A stretch of DNA of 64,000 nt. Origin: an uncultured Prevotellaceae bacterium (GTDB lineage Bacteria; Bacteroidota; Bacteroidia; Bacteroidales; Bacteroidaceae). Both the position numbers and the translations under genes were made by a program. The DNA lies in assembly GCA_902777645.1 (NCBI GenBank), contig CACYUZ010000014.1:1296-65295 (forward strand). The letters are read 5' to 3'. This document shows, piece by piece, positions 39,501 through 48,219 of this stretch (within the stretch, counting starts at the first letter, position 1; the number at the start of each line of letters is the position of its first letter). A model generated the notes under the pieces. The model was not told the DNA's origin. It ran no database searches and saw nothing but the letters and a program-made list of their open reading frames with translations.

Positions 39501-42500
39501 CTCGAGGCCGCCGAAGCCGTCCGACTCATACTTGCCGGTGACATTGACGGAGCCGAAGTCGGACAGCTGCACATTGAGGTTGCCCTGTGCGGCCCAGCCG
39601 CCCTCGTTGTCGTACTCCTTGAGTCGGAGCTCGTTGACCCACACCTCGCCCGACTTGGGGTCGGCCGAGAGGTTGCGCACACCGATAATCATGGTCTTCA
39701 CCTCACCGAGCGAGGGGTTACCCATCACGCTGATGCGGTTGGCCGGATTGTCCTCGTCGTAGGAGGTGAAGAGCTGGTTGTAGGAGGCGTTGCCCTCGGC
39801 CTTGGCCTTGTTGCGCTCCTTCTTCACGGCGGTGAACATGGAGAGGGGTATGTCGAGCATGTTCTCCTCCGGCCACACGATGCGCTTGTCGTTGGCGGAG
39901 TATTTGTCGTAGTGGCCCGCCGGAGTGAGCTTGAGGGGCACCTCATACTCATAGTAATTGCTCTTGTAGTCGCTGCCCAGTCGCACGAACACCGCCAGCT
40001 GGTTGTCGGTCAGGTTGGTGGCATTGTCAATCGTGTGGTTGGCATGCACGAACATCTGCAGGCGGCGGTACTGGCGCAGGTCGAGGTTGGTGTTCTTGAA
40101 CACGGCCTTCGACTCGCCGGTGCCCAAGTTGCTCACCACCATGTTGAGGGCCTGCTCGTTGCTCTCCACCAATTGCGGCTGCGTGGGGTCCTGCACACGC
40201 GAGATGCCCGGCGGCAGGATGTAGTTGACGGGTTCCTTGTCGTTGTTCTCCTCGATGTTGACGGTGCTCACCGACATATAGCCCGAGTTGGAGGCGCTGT
40301 TGGTGAGGTTCTGGGTATAGACGCGCCACTCGCCGCGCACCAGGTCTAAGCTGCCGAAACGGAGCACGATGGGTTTCTCGAATCCGGTAAGGAACATGCG
40401 CATGAAGCGTATGGAGGTGAAGTCGTTGATAGCGCCCACCCGCTGCTCAAACTGGTCGATGGGGATGCGGAACTGATACCAGGTCACGTCGTAGTGGTCG
40501 CCGTTGCGCAGGGTACCGGAGCCCACGCGGCTGTCTACGATGAAGTTCTGTCCCACCACGAGGTCTTCCGGGCGGATAGAAACGTGATACTGGTAGTATT
40601 TCTCATACTCATTGAGCGTGAAGTCCTGGTTGATGTCCTCCACATCGGGAGTGGTCTTGTACGAGGTGTCGTAACTCTCGGTGCGCGTATCAGAGTCGGG
40701 GCTGTTGCCCTGCGGGTTGTTGATGCGCTTGTAGCGGTGCTGGATAGAGGCCTGTATCTGGTCGAAATCGGAACCGCGGAAGTAGTGGTAGTCGTCGTTG
40801 GCGGGGTCGTTCATGATACTGTCGAACACCTCGGGGGCCACCTTTCCCTGAATGGCGGTAAGGAATTCCTGGTACGACTCGAAGGTGCGTTCCTCCTCGT
40901 CGGTGAGGCCGTTGAAGCCCACATCCTGCCTCTCGCGCGAGCCGGAGGTGGTGGCGAAGGCATAGGCCGTGTTGGCCGCCTTGACAGGTATTTTTCCCCA
41001 CTGTGTGTAAGTGAAGCTGCTGGAGCCGTCTACCGGCATACCGTCCTCGTAGAATTTCTTGCCGTCGTGGAGTACATCCTCGCTCACCTCGCCCAAGTTG
41101 ATGTAGAAGTCGCCGCCATACTGCTGGGCGTCGGGTTTGTCCTTGGTGTAGATGAAGGGGTCGAGCATCCAGAACTCGATATACTCGATGTTGGCCATCT
41201 CGAAGTCGGGATTGTCGAGTTTGCGCATCATGCCGCCCCACTTGGCAGCGGGGTTGTTAAGGGTACCGTCGGCATTGAGGTCGGGGTTGAAGTTGTAGGG
41301 GCCGCGCTCGGAGGGATAGTAGGCGAGGTTGAGCACCGGCAGTGTGGAGGTGGCGCCGCTGTAGCTGCTCTGGTCGCGGTTGGGATAGAGCTCGCGCACG
41401 AAGACCTCGCGCACATAGTGGTTGGAGAGCTGGTTCAGGTCGCTCTTGATGTGTCCGGGTGTGAGCGACGAGCTGCGGCGGGTGAAGAGCGGGTCGATGG
41501 TATACCACGACAGGAGGCTTCGGTTGTAGCCGCTGGCCAGGGTGGTCTTGTCCTTGTATTCGCTGAACATGGTGGGCACGCTGGAGATAATCCATGAGGT
41601 GGGGGCCGACATGTCGTAGGCGTTCTTGCTGTTTTCGAAGTCGTCGAGATAGGAGGCGTTGTCCTGGGTGCCGTGGCTCTGTCCGGCCAGCAGTTGGGCG
41701 AACTCGGCCTTGAGCGAGATGTTGGAGGGCTGCGTCACGTGCAGGAAGGGCACGTAGTTGAGCATATTGGTGAGCCACTGGCTCTCTTTCTTCCAGTTGA
41801 GGTTCACACCCCAGAGGGTGTTGTTGAGAGGTTCGGAACCCATGGCCACCTTGGTGGTGAGCGCCTGCTCCGACAGGTGCTGGAAGGTACCGCTCATCTG
41901 GAAGTCCTTGGTGAAGTCGTACTCCCAGTTAACGCCCACCATCGTCTTTCGGGCCTGTCCATAGTCGGTGTTGCTCTCATACGAGGCGCTCACCGGCGTG
42001 TTGGCATCCAGGATGCTCTGGTTGATGACGGTCACCTCGCCGGCCGAATAGTCGACGGTATAGTCGGTGCCCTCAGTCAGGGTGACACCGCCCGCGGTGA
42101 CCACCACGGAGCCCTGCGGCACATTGTAGGCACCGAGCGAGATGACATTTGACGCATTGCCGCGATACTGTCCCATGAGCATGTACTTGTCTTTCTCGGC
42201 TATCTGCTTGGCCACGGTCTTGGTGGAGTCGTAGAGCTCAGTAAAAGCATATTTCTGCGCCGTGGCCAGGTCTACGCCCTTTGACACGAGAAACTTGAGC
42301 ATGAAGTCGCCGAAGGGTTCCGCCTTGGGCAGGAACACACGTCCTCTTGACACGGTGTAGCCTTCCACATAATCGAAATAGCCGTTGGAGTGCACCTTCA
42401 TGTTGTTGTCCAGACGGTCGGCATCGATGTCTTTGATGATGGTCTGGTTCTTCACCTGGGGCTCGGGTATATAAGTAATGTATACGCCGGCCGTATCGCT

Positions 42501-44144
42501 CTGGAACTTGATGTCGAGACGGAACTTGTCTTTCTCCACCGACGACGACAGGTAGTACACGTTCTTCATCATGAGGTCCCAGTTGGTCTGCTGGGGGTTG
42601 TTGCTGGTGTTCTTGAGCGACTTCACGAAGAGGCACTTGCTCACATCGGTCACATCGCTGGCAAACTCGCCCACCTGGTAGGTCACGCCGCCGTAGGTAT
42701 ACTCATAGGCCACGGCCAGCACCTGGTCGGTCTGCAGGGTCTGGTTAAGGGAGACATAGCCAAGGGCGGAGTTGACGGTGTATTCCGACGACTGGAGGAG
42801 GCGTGCGCTCTGCAGTTTCTCATAGTCCGCACCTCCCACGAAGGCGGCATCGAGCACGGTCGATGTTTCCTCAATGTTGCGGGCCTCGTTGTAGGTGGTG
42901 GTGAGCTGCTGGTAGAGACCGTTGGCATTGTTGGCGGGAGGCATGGGACCATTGCCCTCGCCCAAGTCGGGCAGTGCCACGATGTTACGGGTGTTGTTGG
43001 CGGCTCCGCTCTTGTTGGTCACCCATATCTCTATACGGTTTATCTTGATGCCGGTGGTCAGGTTGGGCAGCGTCTTCATGGCATCGTCGTATTTGGAGCG
43101 GAAGTAATGAGAGAGGAAGAAGTGTCGGTTCTCCTCATAATTGGCGGCATCTATCTCGAAGGGGGTGAGCTGCACGCCGCCCTTCGAGGAGACACTCTTC
43201 GACGACGACTTCTTCTGCGAGAACACCGTCTGCAACTTCAGTTTGCCGAACTGCAGGTCGGTGCGCAGACCGAAGAGCGAGCTGGCACCGCGTATGAGCG
43301 AGGAGTTGGCGGGAAAGGACACGTTGCCGCCCTCCACGAGTTTGATAATCTCGTCTTCCTTGCCCTCATATTTCAGTTTGAGGCTCTGTGCATCGAAATC
43401 AAAGGTGGCGTCGGTGTTGTAGTTGAGGTTCATATTCACCTTGTCGCCCACTTTTCCGTTCACGCTCAGGTTGATCTTCTCGTCGAAGTCCATCGTGGTG
43501 GTCTTGCGGTTGCGGATGGGCAGCGAGGGGTTGTCGATGTTCTTGAAGGTGGCGCCGAACTTAAGCTCGGCGGTACCCTGTGTCTTGATGCGCACACCGC
43601 CGGGACCGAATATCTTCTCGGCCGGACCGAGGTCGAAGTGCATGTCGGTGAAGTCGAATTTCTCCTTACCCTTGCTCTCTGCCAATTGCTGGTTCTTGCT
43701 GCGGAAGAATTCGCGCATGGCCTGCTGCTCGCTCCATTTGAAGTATTCGTCGTAAGTCATCATAATGGGCGAGTAGACATAGGTGCCGGCTATCTTGTTG
43801 CCGAACACGTAGCGGTCGAGGGTGTCGTTGTAGACCACCTGCTGACTCATGTTCTCAGGGCGCTGCAGGTCGGCGGAGCCTTGCTGCAAGTCGTCCTCGG
43901 TGATGGGCACGGTGCGCTGCACTGCCCACCGCGGATGGAGCAGCGAGTCGGGTATCTCCTCCTCTTCCTCGAGAATGGGTTGCTCCTTCACCTCGGTCTT
44001 ATTCTTGTTTTTGTCTTTGTCGTCGTTTTGCTGGCGGTTGCGCCGGGTCTTGTCGTCTTGGGGCACGGACAGGGCGTTGCCCGCCATCACACCGATGGCG
44101 CACAAGAAGAGAAGGATGCCTATAATCCGTGCGGAGAATTTCAT
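36540..44144 (-). CDS. sprA: T9SS outer-membrane translocon SprA (Sov)
   Basis: Single 2534-aa ORF with a signal peptide. It is beta-rich and Asn/Thr/Ser/Tyr-rich, with the size and organisation of Bacteroidota SprA. It lies 15 nt downstream of ruvA, and T9SS cargo genes are in the same window. Confidence 0.8.
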   Translation of the reverse strand: MKFSARIIGILLFLCAIGVMAGNALSVPQDDKTRRNRQQNDDKDKNKNKTEVKEQPILEEEEEIPDSLLHPRWAVQRTVPITEDDLQQGSADLQRPENMSQQVVYNDTLDRYVFGNKIAGTYVYSPIMMTYDEYFKWSEQQAMREFFRSKNQQLAESKGKEKFDFTDMHFDLGPAEKIFGPGGVRIKTQGTAELKFGATFKNIDNPSLPIRNRKTTTMDFDEKINLSVNGKVGDKVNMNLNYNTDATFDFDAQSLKLKYEGKEDEIIKLVEGGNVSFPANSSLIRGASSLFGLRTDLQFGKLKLQTVFSQKKSSSKSVSSKGGVQLTPFEIDAANYEENRHFFLSHYFRSKYDDAMKTLPNLTTGIKINRIEIWVTNKSGAANNTRNIVALPDLGEGNGPMPPANNANGLYQQLTTTYNEARNIEETSTVLDAAFVGGADYEKLQSARLLQSSEYTVNSALGYVSLNQTLQTDQVLAVAYEYTYGGVTYQVGEFASDVTDVSKCLFVKSLKNTSNNPQQTNWDLMMKNVYYLSSSVEKDKFRLDIKFQSDTAGVYITYIPEPQVKNQTIIKDIDADRLDNNMKVHSNGYFDYVEGYTVSRGRVFLPKAEPFGDFMLKFLVSKGVDLATAQKYAFTELYDSTKTVAKQIAEKDKYMLMGQYRGNASNVISLGAYNVPQGSVVVTAGGVTLTEGTDYTVDYSAGEVTVINQSILDANTPVSASYESNTDYGQARKTMVGVNWEYDFTKDFQMSGTFQHLSEQALTTKVAMGSEPLNNTLWGVNLNWKKESQWLTNMLNYVPFLHVTQPSNISLKAEFAQLLAGQSHGTQDNASYLDDFENSKNAYDMSAPTSWIISSVPTMFSEYKDKTTLASGYNRSLLSWYTIDPLFTRRSSSLTPGHIKSDLNQLSNHYVREVFVRELYPNRDQSSYSGATSTLPVLNLAYYPSERGPYNFNPDLNADGTLNNPAAKWGGMMRKLDNPDFEMANIEYIEFWMLDPFIYTKDKPDAQQYGGDFYINLGEVSEDVLHDGKKFYEDGMPVDGSSSFTYTQWGKIPVKAANTAYAFATTSGSRERQDVGFNGLTDEEERTFESYQEFLTAIQGKVAPEVFDSIMNDPANDDYHYFRGSDFDQIQASIQHRYKRINNPQGNSPDSDTRTESYDTSYKTTPDVEDINQDFTLNEYEKYYQYHVSIRPEDLVVGQNFIVDSRVGSGTLRNGDHYDVTWYQFRIPIDQFEQRVGAINDFTSIRFMRMFLTGFEKPIVLRFGSLDLVRGEWRVYTQNLTNSASNSGYMSVSTVNIEENNDKEPVNYILPPGISRVQDPTQPQLVESNEQALNMVVSNLGTGESKAVFKNTNLDLRQYRRLQMFVHANHTIDNATNLTDNQLAVFVRLGSDYKSNYYEYEVPLKLTPAGHYDKYSANDKRIVWPEENMLDIPLSMFTAVKKERNKAKAEGNASYNQLFTSYDEDNPANRISVMGNPSLGEVKTMIIGVRNLSADPKSGEVWVNELRLKEYDNEGGWAAQGNLNVQLSDFGSVNVTGKYESDGFGGLEEGVSQRSTDNKLNASLTTTLELGKFFPEKAKVSAPLYYSVTKERKSPKYNPLDTDMLLDDALEGASRHERDSIESIAVSKTTDTNFSLTGVRVGIQTKGHPMPYDPANFSFSYSHSHRNTSGETTVYENEDQWRGSLAYTWTPVFKAWEPFKKLIKSKSKYYDILKRFGLNWLPQNVTFNTDIMRNYYELQERDMESLEDSQLPLTFSEQFLWNREFSFRWDLTKNLHFNFQSATHAEIEEPYTPINKDLYPDQYDAWKDSVWTSIRNWGAPLDYSQTVSASYKLPLNLIPIFDWVNVDASYNGTYGWVRGTDLEDGTSLGNSISTKRNYNLNGSFNLQKLYDHVPFLKATNDRFSKSKPKKAVNNKVQNPKKTPETKAGAKEGDGKDDAKGKGDAKNKGKDPKANLPKNKKSFEKEITIKADTSMVITHGKKTKRFEFSAKTLDGKPIHIRYKKLDDNKIQVYNPTDSTLKFKITVTPKEPLDEKGWYRTAQSVARVLMMVRNVSLSYRNQYSMGLPGFMPTIGNAFGQRRGDIMAPGLDFGFGLIDDDYIEKARERGWLLSNESVATPATTSLTEDLQLKMTLEPVRDFKIDLNASRNVTKSKSVQYMYAGNPTTQSGSFNMTTIAIKTAFASSGDANNGYSSKTFEKFCQSLPAFRERVEARYANTVYPQGTALAGKTFNPENGGVGAYSADVLVPAFLSSYTSMGGGSLDIFPTLSRLLPNWTVRYSGLGRLPWFSSLFKSVNLNHSYKCLYAVGSYASYSTWMESTGGLGFITDATTGNPVPNSMFNVSTVSLTENFAPLLGVDVTLNNNLTCKLEYKTTRQLSLSMTSVQLNETTSKDWVIGMGYKINDFKLFGGGGTSHRKVKGGKKNAGDNDENASKNQNTNNNRNGKGSFNHDLNLRFDFSYRQQANITRDIASMTSSASSGNTALKFSFSADYTLSKLMTMTFYYDQQTNTPLLSANSYPTTTRDFGLSLKFSLTR

Positions 44145-44159
44145 TTTTGTGTCGATGTC

Positions 44160-44777
44160 TTACTTTATTTGTTTCAGGGCCTGTTTTACCACCTGCTCCA
44201 CGGGCAGGTCGGGCTGCTGCTTGAGTATCTCGGTCACCACCTTGGCCGACGGTGCGGGCGAGAAGCCCAGCATGGTGAGTGCGCCGACGGCTTCGTCGCG
44301 CACCTCCTTGTTGATTTGTGCGGCAGGGGTGAGCGGCAGTCCGGGCTGCTCGGGCACGAGGTCGAGCGACGCCACCTTGTCGCGCAGGTCAACAATGATG
44401 CGCTGTGCGGTGCGCAGTCCGATGCCCTTCACGCCTTTGAGCAGGCGTTCATTGCCGGTTGTGATGGCTTCGCTGAGCTCGGCGGGGGTGAGCGACGAGA
44501 GAATCATGCGTGCCGTGTTGGCACCCACGCCCGAGACGGAGATGAGCAGCCCGTAGAGGGTGCGTTCCTCGCGTGTGGCGAATCCGTAGAGGGTATAGGA
44601 GTCGTCGCGTCCGCCTGTCACCAAAGCCTCGGCCACGAAGAGTTTCACCTCTTTCTTGTTTTGTATGGCCGTAAAAGTATTGAGCGAAATATTGAGCGCA
44701 TAACCCACTCCCGCTGCTTCGACAACAGCGACAGCCGGGGTGAGATCGGTCAATTCGCCCCTGATATATTCTATCAT
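44160..44777 (-). CDS. ruvA: Holliday junction branch migration complex subunit RuvA
   Basis: 205 aa. N-terminus MIEYIRGEL, and helix-hairpin-helix motifs SVSGVGANTARMIL and GVKGIGLRTAQRII. Confidence 0.93.
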   Translation of the reverse strand: MIEYIRGELTDLTPAVAVVEAAGVGYALNISLNTFTAIQNKKEVKLFVAEALVTGGRDDSYTLYGFATREERTLYGLLISVSGVGANTARMILSSLTPAELSEAITTGNERLLKGVKGIGLRTAQRIIVDLRDKVASLDLVPEQPGLPLTPAAQINKEVRDEAVGALTMLGFSPAPSAKVVTEILKQQPDLPVEQVVKQALKQIK

Positions 44778-45124
44778 TCCAGTTGTTTTTTGTATATATA
44801 CGATTAATTAACGACCCTCCGGCCGGTTTATTGCATTTTTTTCCGAAAAATGGTGGAGAATGGGGTTGGGGCTGTCCCACCGACGGACTGGGAAGAGGCA
44901 AACAAAGAGATGTGCCTTTTATTGACACATCTCTCCGCTCTTCAGAATTATGAACAAATGTTATATTCGGTCATGGTGCGCTTCTCAACGGAGAAGCCCA
45001 TGCCCACCTTTACGATGTGGCGGCCGTCGGTGGCATATCCTTTGAGGGAGATTTCCCTGCAAGAATAGGAAAAATCCTACCAACGAATAGACATTCCGCT
45101 ATTGCAGAAATGGAAAATATGCTT

Positions 45125-45132
45125 TATCTTTG
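45125..45132 (+). promoter_or_regulatory. -7 promoter box (TATCTTTG)
   Basis: Matches TAnnTTTG, 50 nt upstream of the ATG at 45183. Confidence 0.45.
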
Positions 45133-45182
45133 CGAACAGAAAACAAGACATATTATTTATTCACCTCTAAAAATATACGACT

Positions 45183-45905
45183 ATGAAGAGAACAATGATA
45201 CTGGCAGTCCTGATGACGATAGTCACCGCTGTCTCGGCCATGAGCTACACACAGGCCCGCAACGAGGCACTCTTCCTGACCGACAAGATGGCCTACGAGC
45301 TCGACCTGAGCTATGCACAGTATGAAGCCGTGTACGAAATCAACCTCGACTACTATCTCTGCGTGACGGGCAACACCCTCTTCGGCACCTACTGGAGCCG
45401 CCGCAACGCCGACCTCCGCTATGTGCTCACCAACTGGCAGTATGCCCGCTACCTGGAGCTGAGCTACTTCTACCGCCCCGTGCAGTACACACGCAACACG
45501 TGGTTCTTCAGCATCTACAGCCACTACGGCAAGACGCAGTACTACCGCGACCGCCCCACCGGCTACAACAACTACCGCGGCGGACGGAACCGCATCTCGG
45601 GCAGCTACTACAAAGGCCGCGACTACGACAAGCCCATCAACAACCACTACAAGCCGCGCAGCACTGACATGCCGCCCCACAACGGCAGTTCGATGACCGG
45701 CAGCGGACCCGGCAACCGGCTCACCGGCAACGGAGGCTCCACCACCAGCAGCAGCCGTCCGCAGCGCAACGTGGGCAACGGCAACACGGGCAGGAGCAAC
45801 GGCGGCTCGAACCGCAACTCGGGCGTCACCCCGCGCCGCTCCTCCAGTCAGGGCAGCAGCTCTACCAGCACCCAGAAGGGCACCTTCGGCGGCAAGCGGC
45901 AATAA
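45183..45905 (+). CDS. Secreted hypothetical protein with a disordered basic Gly/Ser/Asn/Arg-rich tail
   Basis: 240 aa. Signal peptide MKRTMILAVLMTIVTAVSA. The N-terminal domain is Tyr-rich and helical. The C-terminal roughly 90 aa are low complexity (GNGGSTTSSSRPQRNVGNGNTGRSNGGSNRNSG). Confidence 0.6.
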   Translation: MKRTMILAVLMTIVTAVSAMSYTQARNEALFLTDKMAYELDLSYAQYEAVYEINLDYYLCVTGNTLFGTYWSRRNADLRYVLTNWQYARYLELSYFYRPVQYTRNTWFFSIYSHYGKTQYYRDRPTGYNNYRGGRNRISGSYYKGRDYDKPINNHYKPRSTDMPPHNGSSMTGSGPGNRLTGNGGSTTSSSRPQRNVGNGNTGRSNGGSNRNSGVTPRRSSSQGSSSTSTQKGTFGGKRQ

Positions 45906-45926
45906 CAGCGCATCTGTAAACGATTG

Positions 45927-45959
45927 GTTGAGGCGGAACGTTTTCCGCCTCAACTTTTT
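45927..45959 (+). terminator. Intrinsic terminator
   Basis: Stem GTTGAGGCGGAA, loop cgtt, stem TTCCGCCTCAAC (12-bp stem), followed by TTTTT. Confidence 0.85.
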
Positions 45960-46014
45960 GTATGGAAATTAAAAAAATCGGTGTCAAAATGACAGTTTTT
46001 TAACGGGAATACAG

Positions 46015-46022
46015 TATTTTTG
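46015..46022 (+). promoter_or_regulatory. -7 promoter box (TATTTTTG) upstream of ddh
   Basis: Matches TAnnTTTG, 39 nt upstream of the ATG at 46061. Confidence 0.5.
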
Positions 46023-46060
46023 CACACAGAATCAATTGTAACCCTATAAAAGAAGAAAAA

Positions 46061-46960
46061 ATGAAGAAAATCAGAGCCGCCGTTGTAGGCTACGGCAACA
46101 TCGGCAAATTTACGGTTCAGGCCTTAGAGGCCGCCAACGACTTTGAGATAGCCGGCATCGTGCGCCGCAAGGGCGCTGAGAATTGTCCGGCCGAGTTGGC
46201 ACAATACAAGGTTGTGAAGGATATCACCGAACTGGACAACGTCGACGTAGCCATCCTGGCCACCCCCACCCGCAGCTGCGAGGAGTATGCCAAGAAAATC
46301 CTGCCCCTTGGCATCAACACCGTCGACAGCTTCGACATCCACACCAGCATCCTCGACTACCGCGCCACGCTCATGCCGCTCTGCAAGCAGACGGGCACCG
46401 TGTCGGTGATAGCCGCCGGATGGGACCCGGGGTCCGACAGCATCGTGCGCACCCTGATGCAGAGCCTTGCACCGAAGGGCCTCTCCTACACCAACTTCGG
46501 CCCGGGTATGTCGATGGGCCACTCGGTGTGCGTGCGCTCCAAGGCCGGTGTGAAGAACGCGCTCTCCATGACCATTCCCAAGGGCGAGGGTCTGCACCGC
46601 CGCATGGTGTATGTGGAGCTCGAAGAGGGCGCCAAACTCGAAGAGGTGACCGCCGCCATCAAGGCCGACCCCTATTTCGCCAACGACGAGACCCACGTGT
46701 TTGAGGTGGAGTCGGTCGACGACGTGCGCGACATGGGCCACGGCGTGAACCTGGTGCGCAAGGGTGTGAGCGGACAGACGCAGAACCAACGCCTGGAGTT
46801 CAACATGAGCATCAACAACCCCGCCCTGACCGGACAGGTACTGGTGAATGTGGCCCGTGCCTCCATGCGCCAGCAGCCCGGCTGCTACACCATGATTGAG
46901 ATACCGGTCATCGACATGCTGCCCGGCGACCGCGAGTCGCTCATCAGCCACTTGGTATAG
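46061..46960 (+). CDS. ddh: meso-diaminopimelate D-dehydrogenase
   Basis: 299 aa. The N-terminal Rossmann motif is AAVVGYGNIGK. The full-length pattern (AAGWDPGSDS, NFGPGMSMGHS, GKTQNQ-like GQTQNQ, QQPGCYTM) is typical of Bacteroidales Ddh. Confidence 0.85.
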   Translation: MKKIRAAVVGYGNIGKFTVQALEAANDFEIAGIVRRKGAENCPAELAQYKVVKDITELDNVDVAILATPTRSCEEYAKKILPLGINTVDSFDIHTSILDYRATLMPLCKQTGTVSVIAAGWDPGSDSIVRTLMQSLAPKGLSYTNFGPGMSMGHSVCVRSKAGVKNALSMTIPKGEGLHRRMVYVELEEGAKLEEVTAAIKADPYFANDETHVFEVESVDDVRDMGHGVNLVRKGVSGQTQNQRLEFNMSINNPALTGQVLVNVARASMRQQPGCYTMIEIPVIDMLPGDRESLISHLV

Positions 46961-46987
46961 CCGCACAGCGCACCGCATAAAAAACAC

Positions 46988-47036
46988 CGGCCCTGCAGCC
47001 TCTTCACCCGGAAGAGCCCTGCAGGGCCGTTTTTTT
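46988..47036. terminator. Bidirectional intrinsic terminator between ddh and the convergent lipoprotein gene
   Basis: Stem GGCCCTGCAG (46988-46997) pairs with CTGCAGGGCC (47018-47027), with an inner CTCTTC/GAAGAG pairing. A T-run follows on the plus strand and an A-run precedes it. Confidence 0.8.
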
Positions 47037-47056
47037 GGACAGGAGCATGTCCCCTC

Positions 47057-48112
47057 TCACCGATAGTCGACCTTGGGCTGCCCGCTTTGTTCCAGCACTT
47101 TCTTGCCTTCCTGCTCCACGATGAGTTTGTAGCCCGAATACTGTCCATCATGCACCTTGTAGACAAACCCGTCGTTTTCGAAAGTGTAGGTATGGGCGTT
47201 CTTAAAGCCGCTCAACAGCAGATGGGGCTTGTCGGCGAGCGTGGCCGGACGCTTCCACGAGGCATAGCGGTAGTCGCCATCGCTCATCGAGTCGATTTTC
47301 ACGATGTAGTCCTTGGTGTAGAACAACGCCTTCTCCACTACGGCACCCGACAGCGAAACGTGGCAGGGGTGATACAGCAGCGAGTCGGTGAAGTCGAACC
47401 GCCGCCCGTCGAAGCTGCATATTATCTCTTTCTCGCCGAAGGGCGGGGCGGGGTCGGTCACCATCGCGCGGAAACTCATATTGCCGGCATTGAAGGTCAG
47501 CGAGGGCTCTGCCATGACCACCCGGTCGGTTACCAAGCCCTCGCCCTTGTCGAACAGGGGCACACCGGCCAGCCCTTTCTCCTTGATGCGAAAGGCTCTC
47601 ATCCGCGAGAAAGTGGTAGCATACAGCATGGGATCCATTTCTTCATTCTCTCCTATCACATAAACGGGCTCATTGTGCCGCGTCATTTCCATAAGAAGGA
47701 CCGAGCCTTCCTCCCTGCAGGGGCCTCTCTCCACATGCACCTCTCCGTCATCGTCGGCATACTGCAAGGCATAAGCAAAGAGATACAGGTTGTCAATCGT
47801 GTACAGCCGTAGCCGCCCGTCTTTCGACTCCTGTACGAAAGGTGTCTTGCTGTCCCTATCCGGGAAGTTGGCCTCCAACGTGCCGGGATGGGCCGAAAGC
47901 AACTCCACCATCCGGTCATAGTCGGCCTTGCCCAGAGAGTCTCTCTTCATGAGCCCAACAATCTCCTGCACGGCCTTCACTGTGGCCAGCGAGTCGTCCG
48001 ATTCCGCCGACCCTGCCGACTCTCTCCCACCCCCACACGAAGCAGCAAGAAGCAGGACGGCCAGCAGCAGGCTTGCCGAAAGGAATTTATAATTGAGGTT
48101 GCTTGTCATCAT
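47057..48112 (-). CDS. Hypothetical lipoprotein
   Basis: The internal ATG of track ORF 47057..48286 gives MMTSNLNYKFLSASLLLAVLLLAASCGGG, which contains a lipobox. I recognise no catalytic motif. Confidence 0.6.
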   Translation of the reverse strand: MMTSNLNYKFLSASLLLAVLLLAASCGGGRESAGSAESDDSLATVKAVQEIVGLMKRDSLGKADYDRMVELLSAHPGTLEANFPDRDSKTPFVQESKDGRLRLYTIDNLYLFAYALQYADDDGEVHVERGPCREEGSVLLMEMTRHNEPVYVIGENEEMDPMLYATTFSRMRAFRIKEKGLAGVPLFDKGEGLVTDRVVMAEPSLTFNAGNMSFRAMVTDPAPPFGEKEIICSFDGRRFDFTDSLLYHPCHVSLSGAVVEKALFYTKDYIVKIDSMSDGDYRYASWKRPATLADKPHLLLSGFKNAHTYTFENDGFVYKVHDGQYSGYKLIVEQEGKKVLEQSGQPKVDYR

Positions 48113-48175
48113 TTCAACTATTTGATTACAGTGCGCAAATATAGGAAAAAAATTGCTGATATAAGAGTTTTTTAC

Positions 48176-48183
48176 TACTTTTG
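48176..48183 (+). promoter_or_regulatory. -7 promoter box (TACTTTTG) upstream of SusC
   Basis: Matches TAnnTTTG, about 37 nt upstream of the ATG at 48220. Confidence 0.5.
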
Positions 48184-48219
48184 CATTATCTATTACCGAT
48201 GAAACATCACTTTCTACCC

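Noticed and set aside
42390-44807. 805-aa plus-strand ORF spanning the region antisense to sprA and ruvA
   Set aside because: This is a shadow ORF. The translation is low-complexity (G/V/H/L/E/A-rich) and has no recognisable motif. The opposite strand encodes clearly recognisable SprA and RuvA. High GC3 codon bias suppresses stops in the antisense frame.
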